A DNA stretch of 54,403 nt from a virus. Taxonomy: Duplodnaviria; Caudoviricetes. The stretch covers positions 1 through 54,403 of the IMG/VR virus record IMGVR_UViG_3300013114_000124; one strand, 5' to 3'. Position 1 is the stretch's first letter, and every line of letters begins with the position of its first letter. The notes below the pieces were generated by a model. It did no database searches. It was not told the origin of the DNA and was given only the letters and a program-made list of their open reading frames with translations. Positions 26,155-36,955 of the stretch are shown here, one piece after another. The position numbers were made by a program, and so were the translations under genes.

Positions 26155-27345
26155 ATGGGAATACTAAGCAACGGTAACAATAACCTAACTAGAGCTCAGT
26201 CAATTATTTCAAGCATTGGTAAAGGAGAAGTAAAACCTGAATTACCTGCTGTAGACGGAGAAGCTCCTGTAGCAGAAGAAACACCTGTAGCAGAAGAAAC
26301 ACCTGTAGTAGAAGAGACACCTACAGTTGTTGAAACACCTGCAGAACAAATTACTGAAGAAACACCTGTAGTAGAAGAAACACCTACAGTTGAAAATACA
26401 CCGCAAGTGGAAACACCTGTGGCAATAGAACCTGAAACGCCACCGGCACTTTCAGATATTCCGGACGAAGTTATCTTGTCTAAACTGAGCGAGACGCTTG
26501 GAAGAAAGATTGAGAATTACGACGACCTGAAACCTAAAGAAATTGCAGTTGACCACGAGTTACAGCAATTATTAGAGTGGAAAGAGAAAACAGGTTTAAG
26601 TCTAACCCAATGGGCTGACTATAACAAAGATTACTCTTCTATGAGTGATGTAGATGTAGCTAAAGAGACTTTAGCAAACAAATACCCTACATTCAACGCA
26701 GAAGAAATCGAGTTTGAATTAAGCAACCTCGTTCCTGACGAATACGATGACGACAGGGATAAAATGAGAAAGCAGATTGAACTAAAGAAGTTAGTAGCAG
26801 AGGGAAGACAAATGTTAGAGTCGAAGAAGTTTGAATTAAAACCTAACACGGGTCTAACAGAGGAGCAACAGAAAGCTATCGAGTTTGCTAAACAAGCTGA
26901 ACAAAGTCAGGCGCAGGCATTGGAAAGCCAAAAAGCTTACGCAAATAACTTGAACCTTGCTGCTCAAAACTTGGACACTATTTCGCTTAATTTAGCAGAA
27001 GGTGTTCAGATTAACCATAAGGTAGAAGATAACGTTAAGAATAGTCTTAGCGACTATGTGTTAAAAATGCCTCATTGGTATAATCAGGACGGTAGCCCAA
27101 ATCACGAGAACATCGCGAAGGACGGCTACAAAATTAAGAACTTTGACTCATTGTTGAAAACAGCTTATGAACAAGGGAGAGCAGCGCAGCTTGAAGAAAG
27201 TATCACAGGCAAACCTAAAGCATCTATGGATGTATCAGGTAAACCTCAAGAAGGTCAAGGTCAAACAAAGAAAGGGAACATAAACGAAGTTGTCAATAAA
27301 TTATCAGGAGGCAATAAGAAGAGGTTTCGTTTCAGAAGTAAATAA
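26155..27345 (+). CDS. Putative scaffolding or head-assembly protein
   Basis: Acidic, with EETPV repeats; lies between portal and capsid; promoter box TATCTTTG at 26116. Confidence 0.65.
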   Translation: MGILSNGNNNLTRAQSIISSIGKGEVKPELPAVDGEAPVAEETPVAEETPVVEETPTVVETPAEQITEETPVVEETPTVENTPQVETPVAIEPETPPALSDIPDEVILSKLSETLGRKIENYDDLKPKEIAVDHELQQLLEWKEKTGLSLTQWADYNKDYSSMSDVDVAKETLANKYPTFNAEEIEFELSNLVPDEYDDDRDKMRKQIELKKLVAEGRQMLESKKFELKPNTGLTEEQQKAIEFAKQAEQSQAQALESQKAYANNLNLAAQNLDTISLNLAEGVQINHKVEDNVKNSLSDYVLKMPHWYNQDGSPNHENIAKDGYKIKNFDSLLKTAYEQGRAAQLEESITGKPKASMDVSGKPQEGQGQTKKGNINEVVNKLSGGNKKRFRFRSK

Positions 27346-27379
27346 TAAAGTAATTTTTAATTTTTAATTTTTTTAAACA

Positions 27380-28720
27380 ATGGCATTAAATGCAAATCCA
27401 GCTCCATCGTTTACTCCAAGCTCTATCAAGAAGCCTACGAGCGAGAACTATATCGACATCTTCGATTACACTACTCAGTACGAACCGGACGCTTACGAAA
27501 AGTTAATATCTATCTATGGAGACCAATCTCTTATGGGTATGTTATTTGAATTAGGTAGCGAAGAAGCTATCTCATCTGACCAATACATTTGGACTGAAAA
27601 AGGACGTTTACACACTTCTTACAGTGACGTAGCTCGTGCAGCTAACGTATTTACTAAAGCAGGACATGTTTACCGTGTAGGTGAAGTTGTTGCTTGTAGT
27701 GGTAACGGAAATTTCCAATTAGGTCGTATTACAGCAGTAGACGCTAACACTTTCACAGCAGTACCTTATAAGGCTGCAGGTTGGTTAGTTGGTACAGCTG
27801 ATATCACAACTTTCATCTCTCACTCTGAGTTCAAGAAGAACACAGGAGGTATGGAAGGTTCTTTAGAAACTGATTTTACTGTTCTTAACAACAAGACTAT
27901 CATTTTCAAAGACAACTACATCGCTTCAGGTTCTGACGTAACTCAAGATTCTTGGGTACAGACTGACAACGGAGGTTTTGTATGGTACTTACAGTCTGAA
28001 TTAGACGGACGTAGAAGATTCGAAGACAGAGTTGAAATGGGTCTTATCTTAGGACAAGACGCTGAAGCAGGTTCTGACGCTGCAACTGCAGGTTACGAAG
28101 GTTCTGAAGGTTTATTTGAGTCAGTAAAGAGTAGAGGTAACATCTTTGATGGTTTAGCTACTGCTTTAACTGATTTTGATTCTATCCTTAAGCGTTTCGA
28201 CCAACAAGGAAAAATCCGTGAGTATATGTTCTACGTAGACAGAGACCAATCTTTAGCTATCGATGACTTATTAGGTTCATTGAACGCAGGTTACTCTACT
28301 GGAATTTCTTTCGGTATGTTTGATAACTCTGAAGAAATGGCTGTAAACTTAGGTTTCACAGGTTTCAAAAGAGGAACTTACAACTTCTACAAGTCTGATT
28401 GGAAATTGTTGAACGACCCTACTTTATTAGGTGGTGTTCCTGCAGCAGACGGTAAAGTAAGAGGTTTATTAGTACCTTACGGAGATAAGGAAGTTTATGA
28501 CGGAACTAGCACTATGGCTGACCGAATCACTAAGCCTTACTTATCTATCAAGTACAGAGTTAAAGGTCAAGAGAACAGACGTCACAAAACTTGGATTACA
28601 GGTTCTGTTGGAACGTCAACTCCAACTGATGACAATGACCACATGAGAGTAAATCACCTTGCAGATAGAGGTGTATGTGTGGTAGGAGCTAACAACTTCA
28701 TGATTTTTGAAGGAGCATAA
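27380..28720 (+). CDS. Major capsid protein
   Basis: 446 aa; position; WTEKGRLH, GSEGLF, NLGFTGFKRG, GANNF motifs; strong codon bias; followed by a terminator. Confidence 0.85.
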   Translation: MALNANPAPSFTPSSIKKPTSENYIDIFDYTTQYEPDAYEKLISIYGDQSLMGMLFELGSEEAISSDQYIWTEKGRLHTSYSDVARAANVFTKAGHVYRVGEVVACSGNGNFQLGRITAVDANTFTAVPYKAAGWLVGTADITTFISHSEFKKNTGGMEGSLETDFTVLNNKTIIFKDNYIASGSDVTQDSWVQTDNGGFVWYLQSELDGRRRFEDRVEMGLILGQDAEAGSDAATAGYEGSEGLFESVKSRGNIFDGLATALTDFDSILKRFDQQGKIREYMFYVDRDQSLAIDDLLGSLNAGYSTGISFGMFDNSEEMAVNLGFTGFKRGTYNFYKSDWKLLNDPTLLGGVPAADGKVRGLLVPYGDKEVYDGTSTMADRITKPYLSIKYRVKGQENRRHKTWITGSVGTSTPTDDNDHMRVNHLADRGVCVVGANNFMIFEGA

Positions 28721-28736
28721 TTAGCTTATCATATAT

Positions 28737-28761
28737 AAGGGGGTGGGAAACCACCCCTTTT
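28737..28761 (+). terminator. Intrinsic terminator after the capsid gene
   Basis: AAGGGGTGG-GAAA-CCACCCCTTTT. Confidence 0.85.
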
Positions 28762-28822
28762 ATTTTAACACTAAGTAATATATTAACAAAGCGTACAATA
28801 CGCAAACTAAATTTAATCTAAA

Positions 28823-29605
28823 ATGGCTACAAAAGCAAAAGCTAAAGCAAGTAGAGAACTAGTACCTGTTAGCTACAGGCAATTAAAAAACTCGTCTTTA
28901 ACTTTCGAATTAAAGACAGGCAGAGACAACAACTTAGTTGTATTTCACGAAGAAACTGAAATAACGAGAGCAATAAAACATTGCCCCAATCAAAAATCTA
29001 TCTTCGTAGACGAACAATCGGACATGGCAGTAGTTAAACCTATTGTATTTGTTAACGGAGTGTTCCACACAGAACCAAAAGACGTAATCACACAAGATTT
29101 CCTTAGCATACACCCAGGATTAGGTGTAACCTTTGAAGTTATAGACGACGAAGCAGATACTCAAGATATGTTAGAGTATGAAGATATCATCTTAGATATT
29201 AAGAGCGCTATCCGAAATAAGTCTAAAGAAGAGGGAGGAATCGAAGAAATTAGAGTCGTAGTAGGAGCACTTATCTCAGACGTAGGGCAGGCAGCTAATA
29301 TGTCTCCTTCAGAGCTAAGATATGCAGCTTACGAACAAGCAGAAACAAACCCTAACCGTTTCTTAAACGACGAAGGAGAAATTGCAATCTTTGATGACGC
29401 ATCTATCACTAGACAAGCTATATCACAACAAGGCTTCTTATCAGGAGTTATATCATTATCACCTGACGCTAAGTCTGTAATATGGTCAGATAACAAAGCA
29501 GTAATATGTAGCATACCTGCAGGTAAAAGCTACTCTAAATACTTTGCTGAGTATCTAGGCACAGAAGACGGAATAGCTGTAATGAAAGAGTTAAGTAAAA
29601 GGTAA
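28823..29605 (+). CDS. Conserved virion-module protein
   Basis: NQKSIFVDEQ...IVF.NG...FL..HP; follows the capsid gene. Confidence 0.7.
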   Translation: MATKAKAKASRELVPVSYRQLKNSSLTFELKTGRDNNLVVFHEETEITRAIKHCPNQKSIFVDEQSDMAVVKPIVFVNGVFHTEPKDVITQDFLSIHPGLGVTFEVIDDEADTQDMLEYEDIILDIKSAIRNKSKEEGGIEEIRVVVGALISDVGQAANMSPSELRYAAYEQAETNPNRFLNDEGEIAIFDDASITRQAISQQGFLSGVISLSPDAKSVIWSDNKAVICSIPAGKSYSKYFAEYLGTEDGIAVMKELSKR

Positions 29606-29625
29606 TCAATCCTACAGATATTTAT

Positions 29626-29658
29626 AAAGGGGCTATAGAAATGTAGCTCCTTTTTTTT
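29626..29658 (+). terminator. Intrinsic terminator
   Basis: GGGGCTATA-GAAA-TGTAGCTCC followed by T8. Confidence 0.75.
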
Positions 29659-29688
29659 ATGTATATTTGTATATATAAAACTTTAATA

Positions 29689-30384
29689 ATGATAGACAAC
29701 GTATTCCAAACAGTTAAGACAATAGTTAACAAAGAACTCGCAGGCAACCTTACTCCTACAGAGCTTAACAAGTTAGCTAAACTTGCTCAAGATGAGATAT
29801 TTTCTTCTTACTTTGAAGATATAAACCTACTTAAGAACAAGCAGAACAGAGGATTAACAAATCTTAATAATGCTAACTTGCCACAGAAGGTTAGACAGAA
29901 GATAGATATATTCAGCACTACAGCGATTATAACAGAAGGCTCAGGACTATACACTCTACCTACAGATTTATATTTCATAGAGGATAGAGGTATAATATAT
30001 GGGAACGAAACTGTTGTTGATGAAGCTCAGAAGTCAGAGTTACCATTCTTAAACTCCTCTATTGCAGCACCTTCAACAACCTTTCCCGTATATGAAAGAT
30101 TAGGTAACGATATAAAAATATACCCTAACACAATAACAGACCCTATAACTGTTAGGTATATAAGAAGACCTTTAACACCTAAGTGGACTTACACAGAGGT
30201 TTTCTCTAAAGAGCTTTTTAACCCTTCAGCAGTGGATTACCAAGACTTTGAAATACACCCATCAGAGTTTGATAACCTAGTACTAAAGATTTTATCTTAC
30301 GCAGGTATAAACCTAAGAGAGGGAGAGGTAGCTTTATACGCAGAAAACAAAATGAATCAAGAGAATATTAAACAAGGGAAATAA
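29689..30384 (+). CDS. Tail tubular/ring (head-tail adaptor) protein
   Basis: NKE..G.LTP.E.N..A..AQ and YIRRP..P.W motifs; ATG at 29689 follows the promoter box at 29662. Confidence 0.7.
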   Translation: MIDNVFQTVKTIVNKELAGNLTPTELNKLAKLAQDEIFSSYFEDINLLKNKQNRGLTNLNNANLPQKVRQKIDIFSTTAIITEGSGLYTLPTDLYFIEDRGIIYGNETVVDEAQKSELPFLNSSIAAPSTTFPVYERLGNDIKIYPNTITDPITVRYIRRPLTPKWTYTEVFSKELFNPSAVDYQDFEIHPSEFDNLVLKILSYAGINLREGEVALYAENKMNQENIKQGK

Positions 30385-31247
30385 TGCCAATAAGAAATTT
30401 TACAAATTTAGATAATTACTATAATGATAATGACCAATGGGGCAATCACCAATATGTAACTATAAAAGATGTGGTTAACAACTTCATGTTTGAACAAGAA
30501 GATGATAGTTACGTAGGTAGTGTTAATAGGAACAGAGTTGTTTATCACGCTAAGAGAGCTGTTCAAGAATTATACTTTGATGTTTTAAACGAAGTTATAG
30601 CTATTGAGTTTGACCTTACACCTACTCTAATTATACCTATCCCGCATGACTACGTTAACTATGTTAGAATATCGTGGGTAGACAGTAACGGAAAATTACA
30701 CCCTTTAGCAGTAGATAACAGTAGTAACTTAGCTCAAGCTTATTTACAAGATGATTCATACGAATACCTGTACGACCAAGACGGAGCAATCTTACAAGGT
30801 AATCACATACAAGATTTAGGCGGGGACACACTAGGAGACCAAAGTTACCTAGCTGCGTCAGGAGTATCTTCTCCTATGCCTAACTTTAACACGGACGCAT
30901 CTAAGGTATTTAAGAATGGTTCTTACAAAATAGATAAGGACAGAGGTGTAATACAATTCTCATCTACAGTTACAGGAAGAACTATTGTTTTAGAGTATAT
31001 ATCAGACGGGCTGTTCCAAAGAGAGGATTCTGATATAAGAATACACAAGTTTGCAGAAGAAGCAGCTTACAACTTCATATACCACAAGCTAATCTCAAAG
31101 AAAAGGAATGTACCTTACAATGAGAAGATGAGAGCTAGACAAGAGTACTACAACTCGAGAAGAGTGGCTAAAAGAAGAATAACTCCTATAAGATTTGAGG
31201 AAATAAGACAAGTTATGAAGTCTCAAAACAAAATGATTAAGAACTAG
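30384..31247 (+). CDS. Second tail ring protein
   Basis: P.DYVNYVRISW and IVLEYISDG motifs; translationally coupled. Confidence 0.7.
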   Translation: MPIRNFTNLDNYYNDNDQWGNHQYVTIKDVVNNFMFEQEDDSYVGSVNRNRVVYHAKRAVQELYFDVLNEVIAIEFDLTPTLIIPIPHDYVNYVRISWVDSNGKLHPLAVDNSSNLAQAYLQDDSYEYLYDQDGAILQGNHIQDLGGDTLGDQSYLAASGVSSPMPNFNTDASKVFKNGSYKIDKDRGVIQFSSTVTGRTIVLEYISDGLFQREDSDIRIHKFAEEAAYNFIYHKLISKKRNVPYNEKMRARQEYYNSRRVAKRRITPIRFEEIRQVMKSQNKMIKN

Positions 31248-31248
31248 T

Positions 31249-34200
31249 ATGAAACAAGAACAAGGTAAAAATACATTCATAGGAAGTAGAATGGATAAAG
31301 ATACCGACTCTCGTTTACTAGAGCCAGGTGTTTATAGAGATGCCCTTAATGTAAGGGTAGGTAATTCTAGCGGTTCTGATGTAGGGGCCTTAGAAAACTC
31401 TCTATCTAATAAAAAACTGACTAACAAAAGTTTTGGAGCTAATGCTACGTGCATAGGAATGTATTCAGATAAAAACGAACAAAAGGTATATTGGTTCGTT
31501 GTCTCAGACGATGGTAGCTACGTAATGGAACATGATTTCCCTAACGGAGTTACGTCTGTTGTATTAGAAGATACCTCAGCAGGTGTTCTCAACTTTAACA
31601 AAGAGTACTTAATAACAGGAGTTAACATTATAATAGATACAGACAAGAAAAGGAGACTTTTATATTGGACTGATAATCTAAACCCTCCTAGAAGTATTAA
31701 CATAGATAGAGCTAAGACTTACGGAGCTAACAACTTTACAGAAGAGCAGATAAGTGTAATCAAAGCTCCCCCTTTACAAAAGCCTTCTATAGCATTAGGA
31801 CAAACTAACACAGGCTTAGAGAATAACATAGAGGAAAAATTCTTAAGGTTTGCTTATAGATATAGATACCTAGACGGTGAGTATAGCGCACTCTCTTCTT
31901 TCTCTGAAACAGCTTTCTTAGCTAAGCCCTTCAACTTTGACTACGCAGTAAGTTCTAACGAAGGTATGGTAAACAACTTTAGTAAAGTTAGTATCGCCTT
32001 TAATACAGGCTCTAAACTAGTTACTGAAATAGATGTAGTGTTTAAAGAATCAGGAACTAATACAGTCTATTTAGTAGACAGTTACAAAAAAGAATCTAAG
32101 AATTGGGGAGACAATGAGAATCAATTTGTAGAGTTCTTCAACAATAAAATAAAGAAAGCTTTAGACCAAGACCAATTATTTAGGTTATATGACGCAGTGC
32201 CCCTCAAAGCAAAGGCACAAGAGTTAATAGGTAATAGGTTAGTATACGGATTCTACACAGAGAATTATAACATAGAGGACGCTAACGGTTCTGCAATAGA
32301 TGTAGATTTCTCTCTAGAGGGTATTAACACAGCTATAAATATAGGCACACCTACAGAGTCACTTAAAAGTAACAGGGATTACGAGATAGGTATAGTTTAT
32401 CTAGATAAGTACGGAAGACAAACATCTGTACTTACATCGGAGAATAATACTATAAACTTCCCTAACATAGACTCTTTAACTCAAAATCAAATTAAAGCTG
32501 TAGTAAATAGCCCTGCACCAAACTTTGCAGAAAAGTTTAGATTCTACATTAAACAAACAAGAGAGGATTACGATATAATCGTACCCACTATTTTTTATTT
32601 GGACGGGCCTTACGTATGGGTTAAATTGGAAGGTAGCGAAGACAATAAGATAGAGGAAGGAGATTACTTATATGTAAAAGCTGACACACAAGAGGTATTA
32701 CCTCAGTTGGTGCAAACCAAAGTGTTAGAGATTAAGAATCAACCCAAAGATTTCTTAGAAGACAGTAACAAGCAGTTATCAGGTAATTACATGAGATTAA
32801 AACCTAATAACTATAGGCTAGACCCTGACGACTACGAATTTTACGATTGGGACAGTTACGACAGTTCTAAAAACGCTAATGATAACCCTATAAGAGGTAA
32901 CCAATCTTATGTAGAACCTGCAGTTTATTATGGTACGTCACTATCAGATGACTTAACATCTAGCGGAACTTACACAGGCTTAGTTGACGAGAGATACGAA
33001 ATAGAGATAATAGTTACAGGAGCGACAGATGAGTTTAGATGGACTAAAGATGAAGGTCAGAATTGGTCAGCTAACACACCTATTACAGGTGCTGCTCAAG
33101 CAATAGAGAACGGAGTTGAAATAACATTCGCATCTGTAACAGGGCACAGCTTAGATGACTCTTGGGTAGTAGGAGCTAAGTCAAGTTCAGACGACAGTTT
33201 TGGAGGTTCGGAGAGTTCTAAAGCTTACGGATTTTTTAAAGGGCCTGATACAAATAACGGCGTTATATATGGAGGCGCTAGGATAGAGTGGGAATACTCT
33301 GAGTACGGAGAAGAAACTCAAAAGATAACTAGGAACTTCGTATCAACTAGAAAGTACGAAAACATAGAAGAGTGGTATTACGGAGATAATATTTACGACG
33401 AGATATCTGAAATAGGAGAGAGTAGAATATGGTTTAGAAGAGGGCTCGTAGAGTTCAATTACCCCGGCAACCAATACAATAACTCTAAGCACATCACAGT
33501 AGACCCTGCAGAGGATATGGTTATGATTGTGAAAAGTAAAGGTACTCAGAACAGCGACCTTGACGGAGTTGTAAAACTAAGAACAAGCTTAGAAATATTC
33601 CAAGCAGAGCAAAATGTAATCTTTGAAACTATACCGTTTTCAAATGATGCAGCGCCATTCTTTGAGATAGGACAAACTTACGACGTAGTTAATGGGTTCC
33701 ACACTAGCAGTAACGCTTCAGATGTAGACCAAGCTTTAGGTGTAGCAGGAGAGTTTGTACTAGATGTGTTTAACTGCATAGCTTGGGGGAACGCTTTTGA
33801 AAGCTACAAGATAAAAGATTTGTTTAACGCTAAGACTATGAAGATAGACACTAGACCTTCTGATAGTATCGAAGATTACTCAGAGAACATAAGGATAGCG
33901 TCTTTAACTTATAGCAAGGTTTATGAGCAAACTCTTAATTATAATGGTACTAATGAGTTTAACTTATCTACTATAAACTTTGTAGATATAGACGACAAGT
34001 ATAACTCTATACAGAAACTATTCTCTAGAGACACAGATTTAATCGTTTTTCAAGAAGATAAGCTACACAAAATGCCTTTTGAGAAAGACGTATTATTTAC
34101 TGCCGCAGGAGAAGGAGCTGTAACAGAAAGTAATAAAGTATTTGGTAAAGAGATTCCTTACGCAGGAGAGTTTGGTATATCTCTTAACCCTGAGAGTTTT

Positions 34201-35349
34201 GCTTTCTACGGCAATAATATATATTTCACTGACCAAAGAAGGGGGTCTGTAATGAGACTTAATCTTAATGGTTTAGTAGCCATCTCTAATAACGGAATGA
34301 AAGATTTCTTCAGAGATGATTTTAGAAGTAAGAACACTAAAAAATTAGGAGGGTTAGATTTATATAACAAACAATACGTACTGTATTCAGACGATACAGA
34401 GATACCTATTGGTTCAGGAGGAAATGGTGTAGACCCTAATGAGGGGACTACTCCTACCCCAGGGTACATACCTTTTAATTGTGGCAGTACTGTAGAGGTT
34501 ACAGGAGTAACTAATTCTACGCCTCTCAAAGTAAAAGCACTACAAGTAAATGGTCTAGGAGATATATTCGTAAATTACAATCTTGAGACAGTTTCAGATA
34601 TAGTAATAGACAATAATGGAGATATAATAAACTTCCCTTCTCAGGGGCCAGGACTAGGTTCGGTATCTTTTACACAAACTTACGACGACGTAGATTTCAT
34701 ATTAATAGACGTCACTCCTATAGCAACTCCGGGAGAGTTTGAAGTCAAAATTGGTTCGCCTTGTTTAGTTCCTGACACACCTGCACCTGACCCTGTAGTA
34801 GCAACCAAAGATGACTACACAGTGTACAAAGGTACAGTGGACAACGTGCTTAATGTATTATATAATGATATATACACACTACCTGTAACTATTACTATAA
34901 CATCAGCGCCTACAGAAGGTACTGCTGTTGTAAGTGGTAACAATATATTGTACACCCACACTAATGTAGTGGACGGAGATTCAGATAGCCTTACTTATCA
35001 AATAGATGACGGACTTACTACAGACACTGCAATAGTTACTATAACAGCTCTTACAGACCCCGGAGGAGGTGGCAATCCTTCAGAAGGTACTGCATTCCAA
35101 ATGTCAACGTCAACTGCACTTAACCCTGCAGAGCCTGACAACGGACAAGTAGCTTGCTCAATAACGTCTTTAAACACTTATTACCATGACGGAGCTTTCT
35201 TTAGCCCTGGCATAGGAGATAAGGTTTACATAGACTTGTACATGTCTCAACCTGTAGTAGGGGGCAATGAGTACAGAGCTATAGAGTTTGGTAGAACAAT
35301 AAGAATAGATAATACAGGAACAGTAACAGATGTGTTTATCTGTGAATAA
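31249..35349 (+). CDS. Tail stabilization (muzzle/nozzle) protein with C-terminal Ig-like modules
   Basis: MDKD.D.RL...G.YRDALN, WTDNLNPPR.IN and GEFGIS.NPESF motifs; VATKDDY...NVLYND...YQIDDG Ig-like repeat. Confidence 0.75.
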   Translation: MKQEQGKNTFIGSRMDKDTDSRLLEPGVYRDALNVRVGNSSGSDVGALENSLSNKKLTNKSFGANATCIGMYSDKNEQKVYWFVVSDDGSYVMEHDFPNGVTSVVLEDTSAGVLNFNKEYLITGVNIIIDTDKKRRLLYWTDNLNPPRSINIDRAKTYGANNFTEEQISVIKAPPLQKPSIALGQTNTGLENNIEEKFLRFAYRYRYLDGEYSALSSFSETAFLAKPFNFDYAVSSNEGMVNNFSKVSIAFNTGSKLVTEIDVVFKESGTNTVYLVDSYKKESKNWGDNENQFVEFFNNKIKKALDQDQLFRLYDAVPLKAKAQELIGNRLVYGFYTENYNIEDANGSAIDVDFSLEGINTAINIGTPTESLKSNRDYEIGIVYLDKYGRQTSVLTSENNTINFPNIDSLTQNQIKAVVNSPAPNFAEKFRFYIKQTREDYDIIVPTIFYLDGPYVWVKLEGSEDNKIEEGDYLYVKADTQEVLPQLVQTKVLEIKNQPKDFLEDSNKQLSGNYMRLKPNNYRLDPDDYEFYDWDSYDSSKNANDNPIRGNQSYVEPAVYYGTSLSDDLTSSGTYTGLVDERYEIEIIVTGATDEFRWTKDEGQNWSANTPITGAAQAIENGVEITFASVTGHSLDDSWVVGAKSSSDDSFGGSESSKAYGFFKGPDTNNGVIYGGARIEWEYSEYGEETQKITRNFVSTRKYENIEEWYYGDNIYDEISEIGESRIWFRRGLVEFNYPGNQYNNSKHITVDPAEDMVMIVKSKGTQNSDLDGVVKLRTSLEIFQAEQNVIFETIPFSNDAAPFFEIGQTYDVVNGFHTSSNASDVDQALGVAGEFVLDVFNCIAWGNAFESYKIKDLFNAKTMKIDTRPSDSIEDYSENIRIASLTYSKVYEQTLNYNGTNEFNLSTINFVDIDDKYNSIQKLFSRDTDLIVFQEDKLHKMPFEKDVLFTAAGEGAVTESNKVFGKEIPYAGEFGISLNPESFAFYGNNIYFTDQRRGSVMRLNLNGLVAISNNGMKDFFRDDFRSKNTKKLGGLDLYNKQYVLYSDDTEIPIGSGGNGVDPNEGTTPTPGYIPFNCGSTVEVTGVTNSTPLKVKALQVNGLGDIFVNYNLETVSDIVIDNNGDIINFPSQGPGLGSVSFTQTYDDVDFILIDVTPIATPGEFEVKIGSPCLVPDTPAPDPVVATKDDYTVYKGTVDNVLNVLYNDIYTLPVTITITSAPTEGTAVVSGNNILYTHTNVVDGDSDSLTYQIDDGLTTDTAIVTITALTDPGGGGNPSEGTAFQMSTSTALNPAEPDNGQVACSITSLNTYYHDGAFFSPGIGDKVYIDLYMSQPVVGGNEYRAIEFGRTIRIDNTGTVTDVFICE

Positions 35350-35362
35350 AAAAAGATAACTA

Positions 35363-36103
35363 ATGGCTTACACGATAACATTTGATGAGGGAGCTAAAGG
35401 ATTTACGTCCTTTTTCTCCTATGTACCTGAGTTTATGATAGGTATGAATAACGATTTTTTCACCGTAAAGGATGGACAATTGTATATGCACAACGACGAA
35501 GAGAATCCTACAAGGAACAATTTCTATGGGGCTCAGCACAATACTAAAATTACATATGTAGAGAACAGTTTTCCTTCTCAAGTTAAATTTGTTAAGTCTA
35601 TGAAATTAGAGGCTAACAGACCTTTACAGACTGACATAAAAGCTTTTGTTTCAGACGAGAATTCTTCAGCTATGGACTCAACCATATCAAGCGATGAATA
35701 TGTAGAGAAAGAAGGTATGTTCTACTCTTACGTAAGAAGAAACGAGAATGGAGGAAACTACAGCGATAAGAATGTGTACGGAATAGGGGAAGTGTTCGAC
35801 GTATCAGGCTCAACCGTAACTTTCGCCACTCCTATACCATTAGGCTCTATAGCAGCAGGAGATAATATACTAGACGTTAATGGCTCTGTCTTAGCTCAAA
35901 TAGTATCGTACTCAGGCTCAAGTATGGAAACAACCCCTAACTTAGCAAGCCTCCCCGGCGACTTTTTAATAGGTCAAAAGAGCGCTAGAATAGAGGCAGG
36001 TAACTTGAGAGGATATAACTTCGAAGTTACTTTAGAAGATAGCAATACAAGTAGGTTAGAACTGTTTGGGAGTAAACTTAACACATCTAAGTCAAACCCT
36101 TAA
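35363..36103 (+). CDS. Tail protein, probably the C-terminal part of a split muzzle protein
   Basis: TITFDE..KGFTSFFSY.PE.M...N.FYG and EKEG motifs. Confidence 0.65.
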   Translation: MAYTITFDEGAKGFTSFFSYVPEFMIGMNNDFFTVKDGQLYMHNDEENPTRNNFYGAQHNTKITYVENSFPSQVKFVKSMKLEANRPLQTDIKAFVSDENSSAMDSTISSDEYVEKEGMFYSYVRRNENGGNYSDKNVYGIGEVFDVSGSTVTFATPIPLGSIAAGDNILDVNGSVLAQIVSYSGSSMETTPNLASLPGDFLIGQKSARIEAGNLRGYNFEVTLEDSNTSRLELFGSKLNTSKSNP

Positions 36104-36147
36104 TGACATTTGGTTTATAAGATATTTTTTCGTATATTTACGTATAT

Positions 36148-36507
36148 ATGAAAAAGTTCAACAAAAGATTATCGGCGCATGTAGTACTAAGTATTATTTG
36201 CGCCATTTGTTCTAATGGGTACGCCCAATATCAAAACGATTGGGACGCTACAGAGATATTATACGAGATGAATAAATCTTGGTCTGTAGGTAACGGATGC
36301 TTAGAAGGTCACCACAAGGTAATTGATGTGTATAACGGATTAGAGTTAAACGGTAATACCCTAGAGGTTATGGATTCTACTATCCAAATCATAGGAGGTA
36401 AGGTTACTAACTTTGGTGTAGATGTAGACATACTCAATCACCCATTAATTATATACAGATGTGAGAACTCTGTTATATTAGAATTTCCAATAACTTTATC
36501 CGATTAA
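36148..36507 (+). CDS. Hypothetical secreted protein
   Basis: Signal-peptide-like N-terminus; own -7-like box at 36133. Confidence 0.6.
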   Translation: MKKFNKRLSAHVVLSIICAICSNGYAQYQNDWDATEILYEMNKSWSVGNGCLEGHHKVIDVYNGLELNGNTLEVMDSTIQIIGGKVTNFGVDVDILNHPLIIYRCENSVILEFPITLSD

Positions 36508-36517
36508 ATATAATAAC

Positions 36518-36913
36518 ATGATAGAATTTAATAAAACTAAAAAAGAAGACTTCTACACAGTGTACAAAAAAATGTGTAAAGCTCACCAATTTCCTGCTAT
36601 GCACATAGATAACATCGAAGATGTTTTCATTTGTAAAAGAGAAGGGCTATTAATGTATAGCTGTTTTAAATGGAACACAGGCTCAGGTATGTGTATGATA
36701 GGGTTCCCTGTTAGTAACTTATATGTGCCAAAAGAGCTTAGGGAAGGTTTATTACCAAAGTTCTTAAATTACATCTCAGATGTTTGTAAATCAGAGGGCT
36801 ATAATATAATATGGACAACCTCAGCAACACAGAGGGTTGAGAGAGCTTTATCTCAAAGTGACTTCCAAAAAGGAGACCAAAACGTAAATACTTACATAAA
36901 AGTTTTGTCTTAA
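36518..36913 (+). CDS. Hypothetical protein, possible GNAT-like fold
   Basis: Position before ejection proteins; SN...K..R...L......CK..GY..I pattern. Confidence 0.5.
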   Translation: MIEFNKTKKEDFYTVYKKMCKAHQFPAMHIDNIEDVFICKREGLLMYSCFKWNTGSGMCMIGFPVSNLYVPKELREGLLPKFLNYISDVCKSEGYNIIWTTSATQRVERALSQSDFQKGDQNVNTYIKVLS

Positions 36914-36955
36914 TATTTTTCTTATTTTTGTATATAACTTAAAAAACATTCATAA

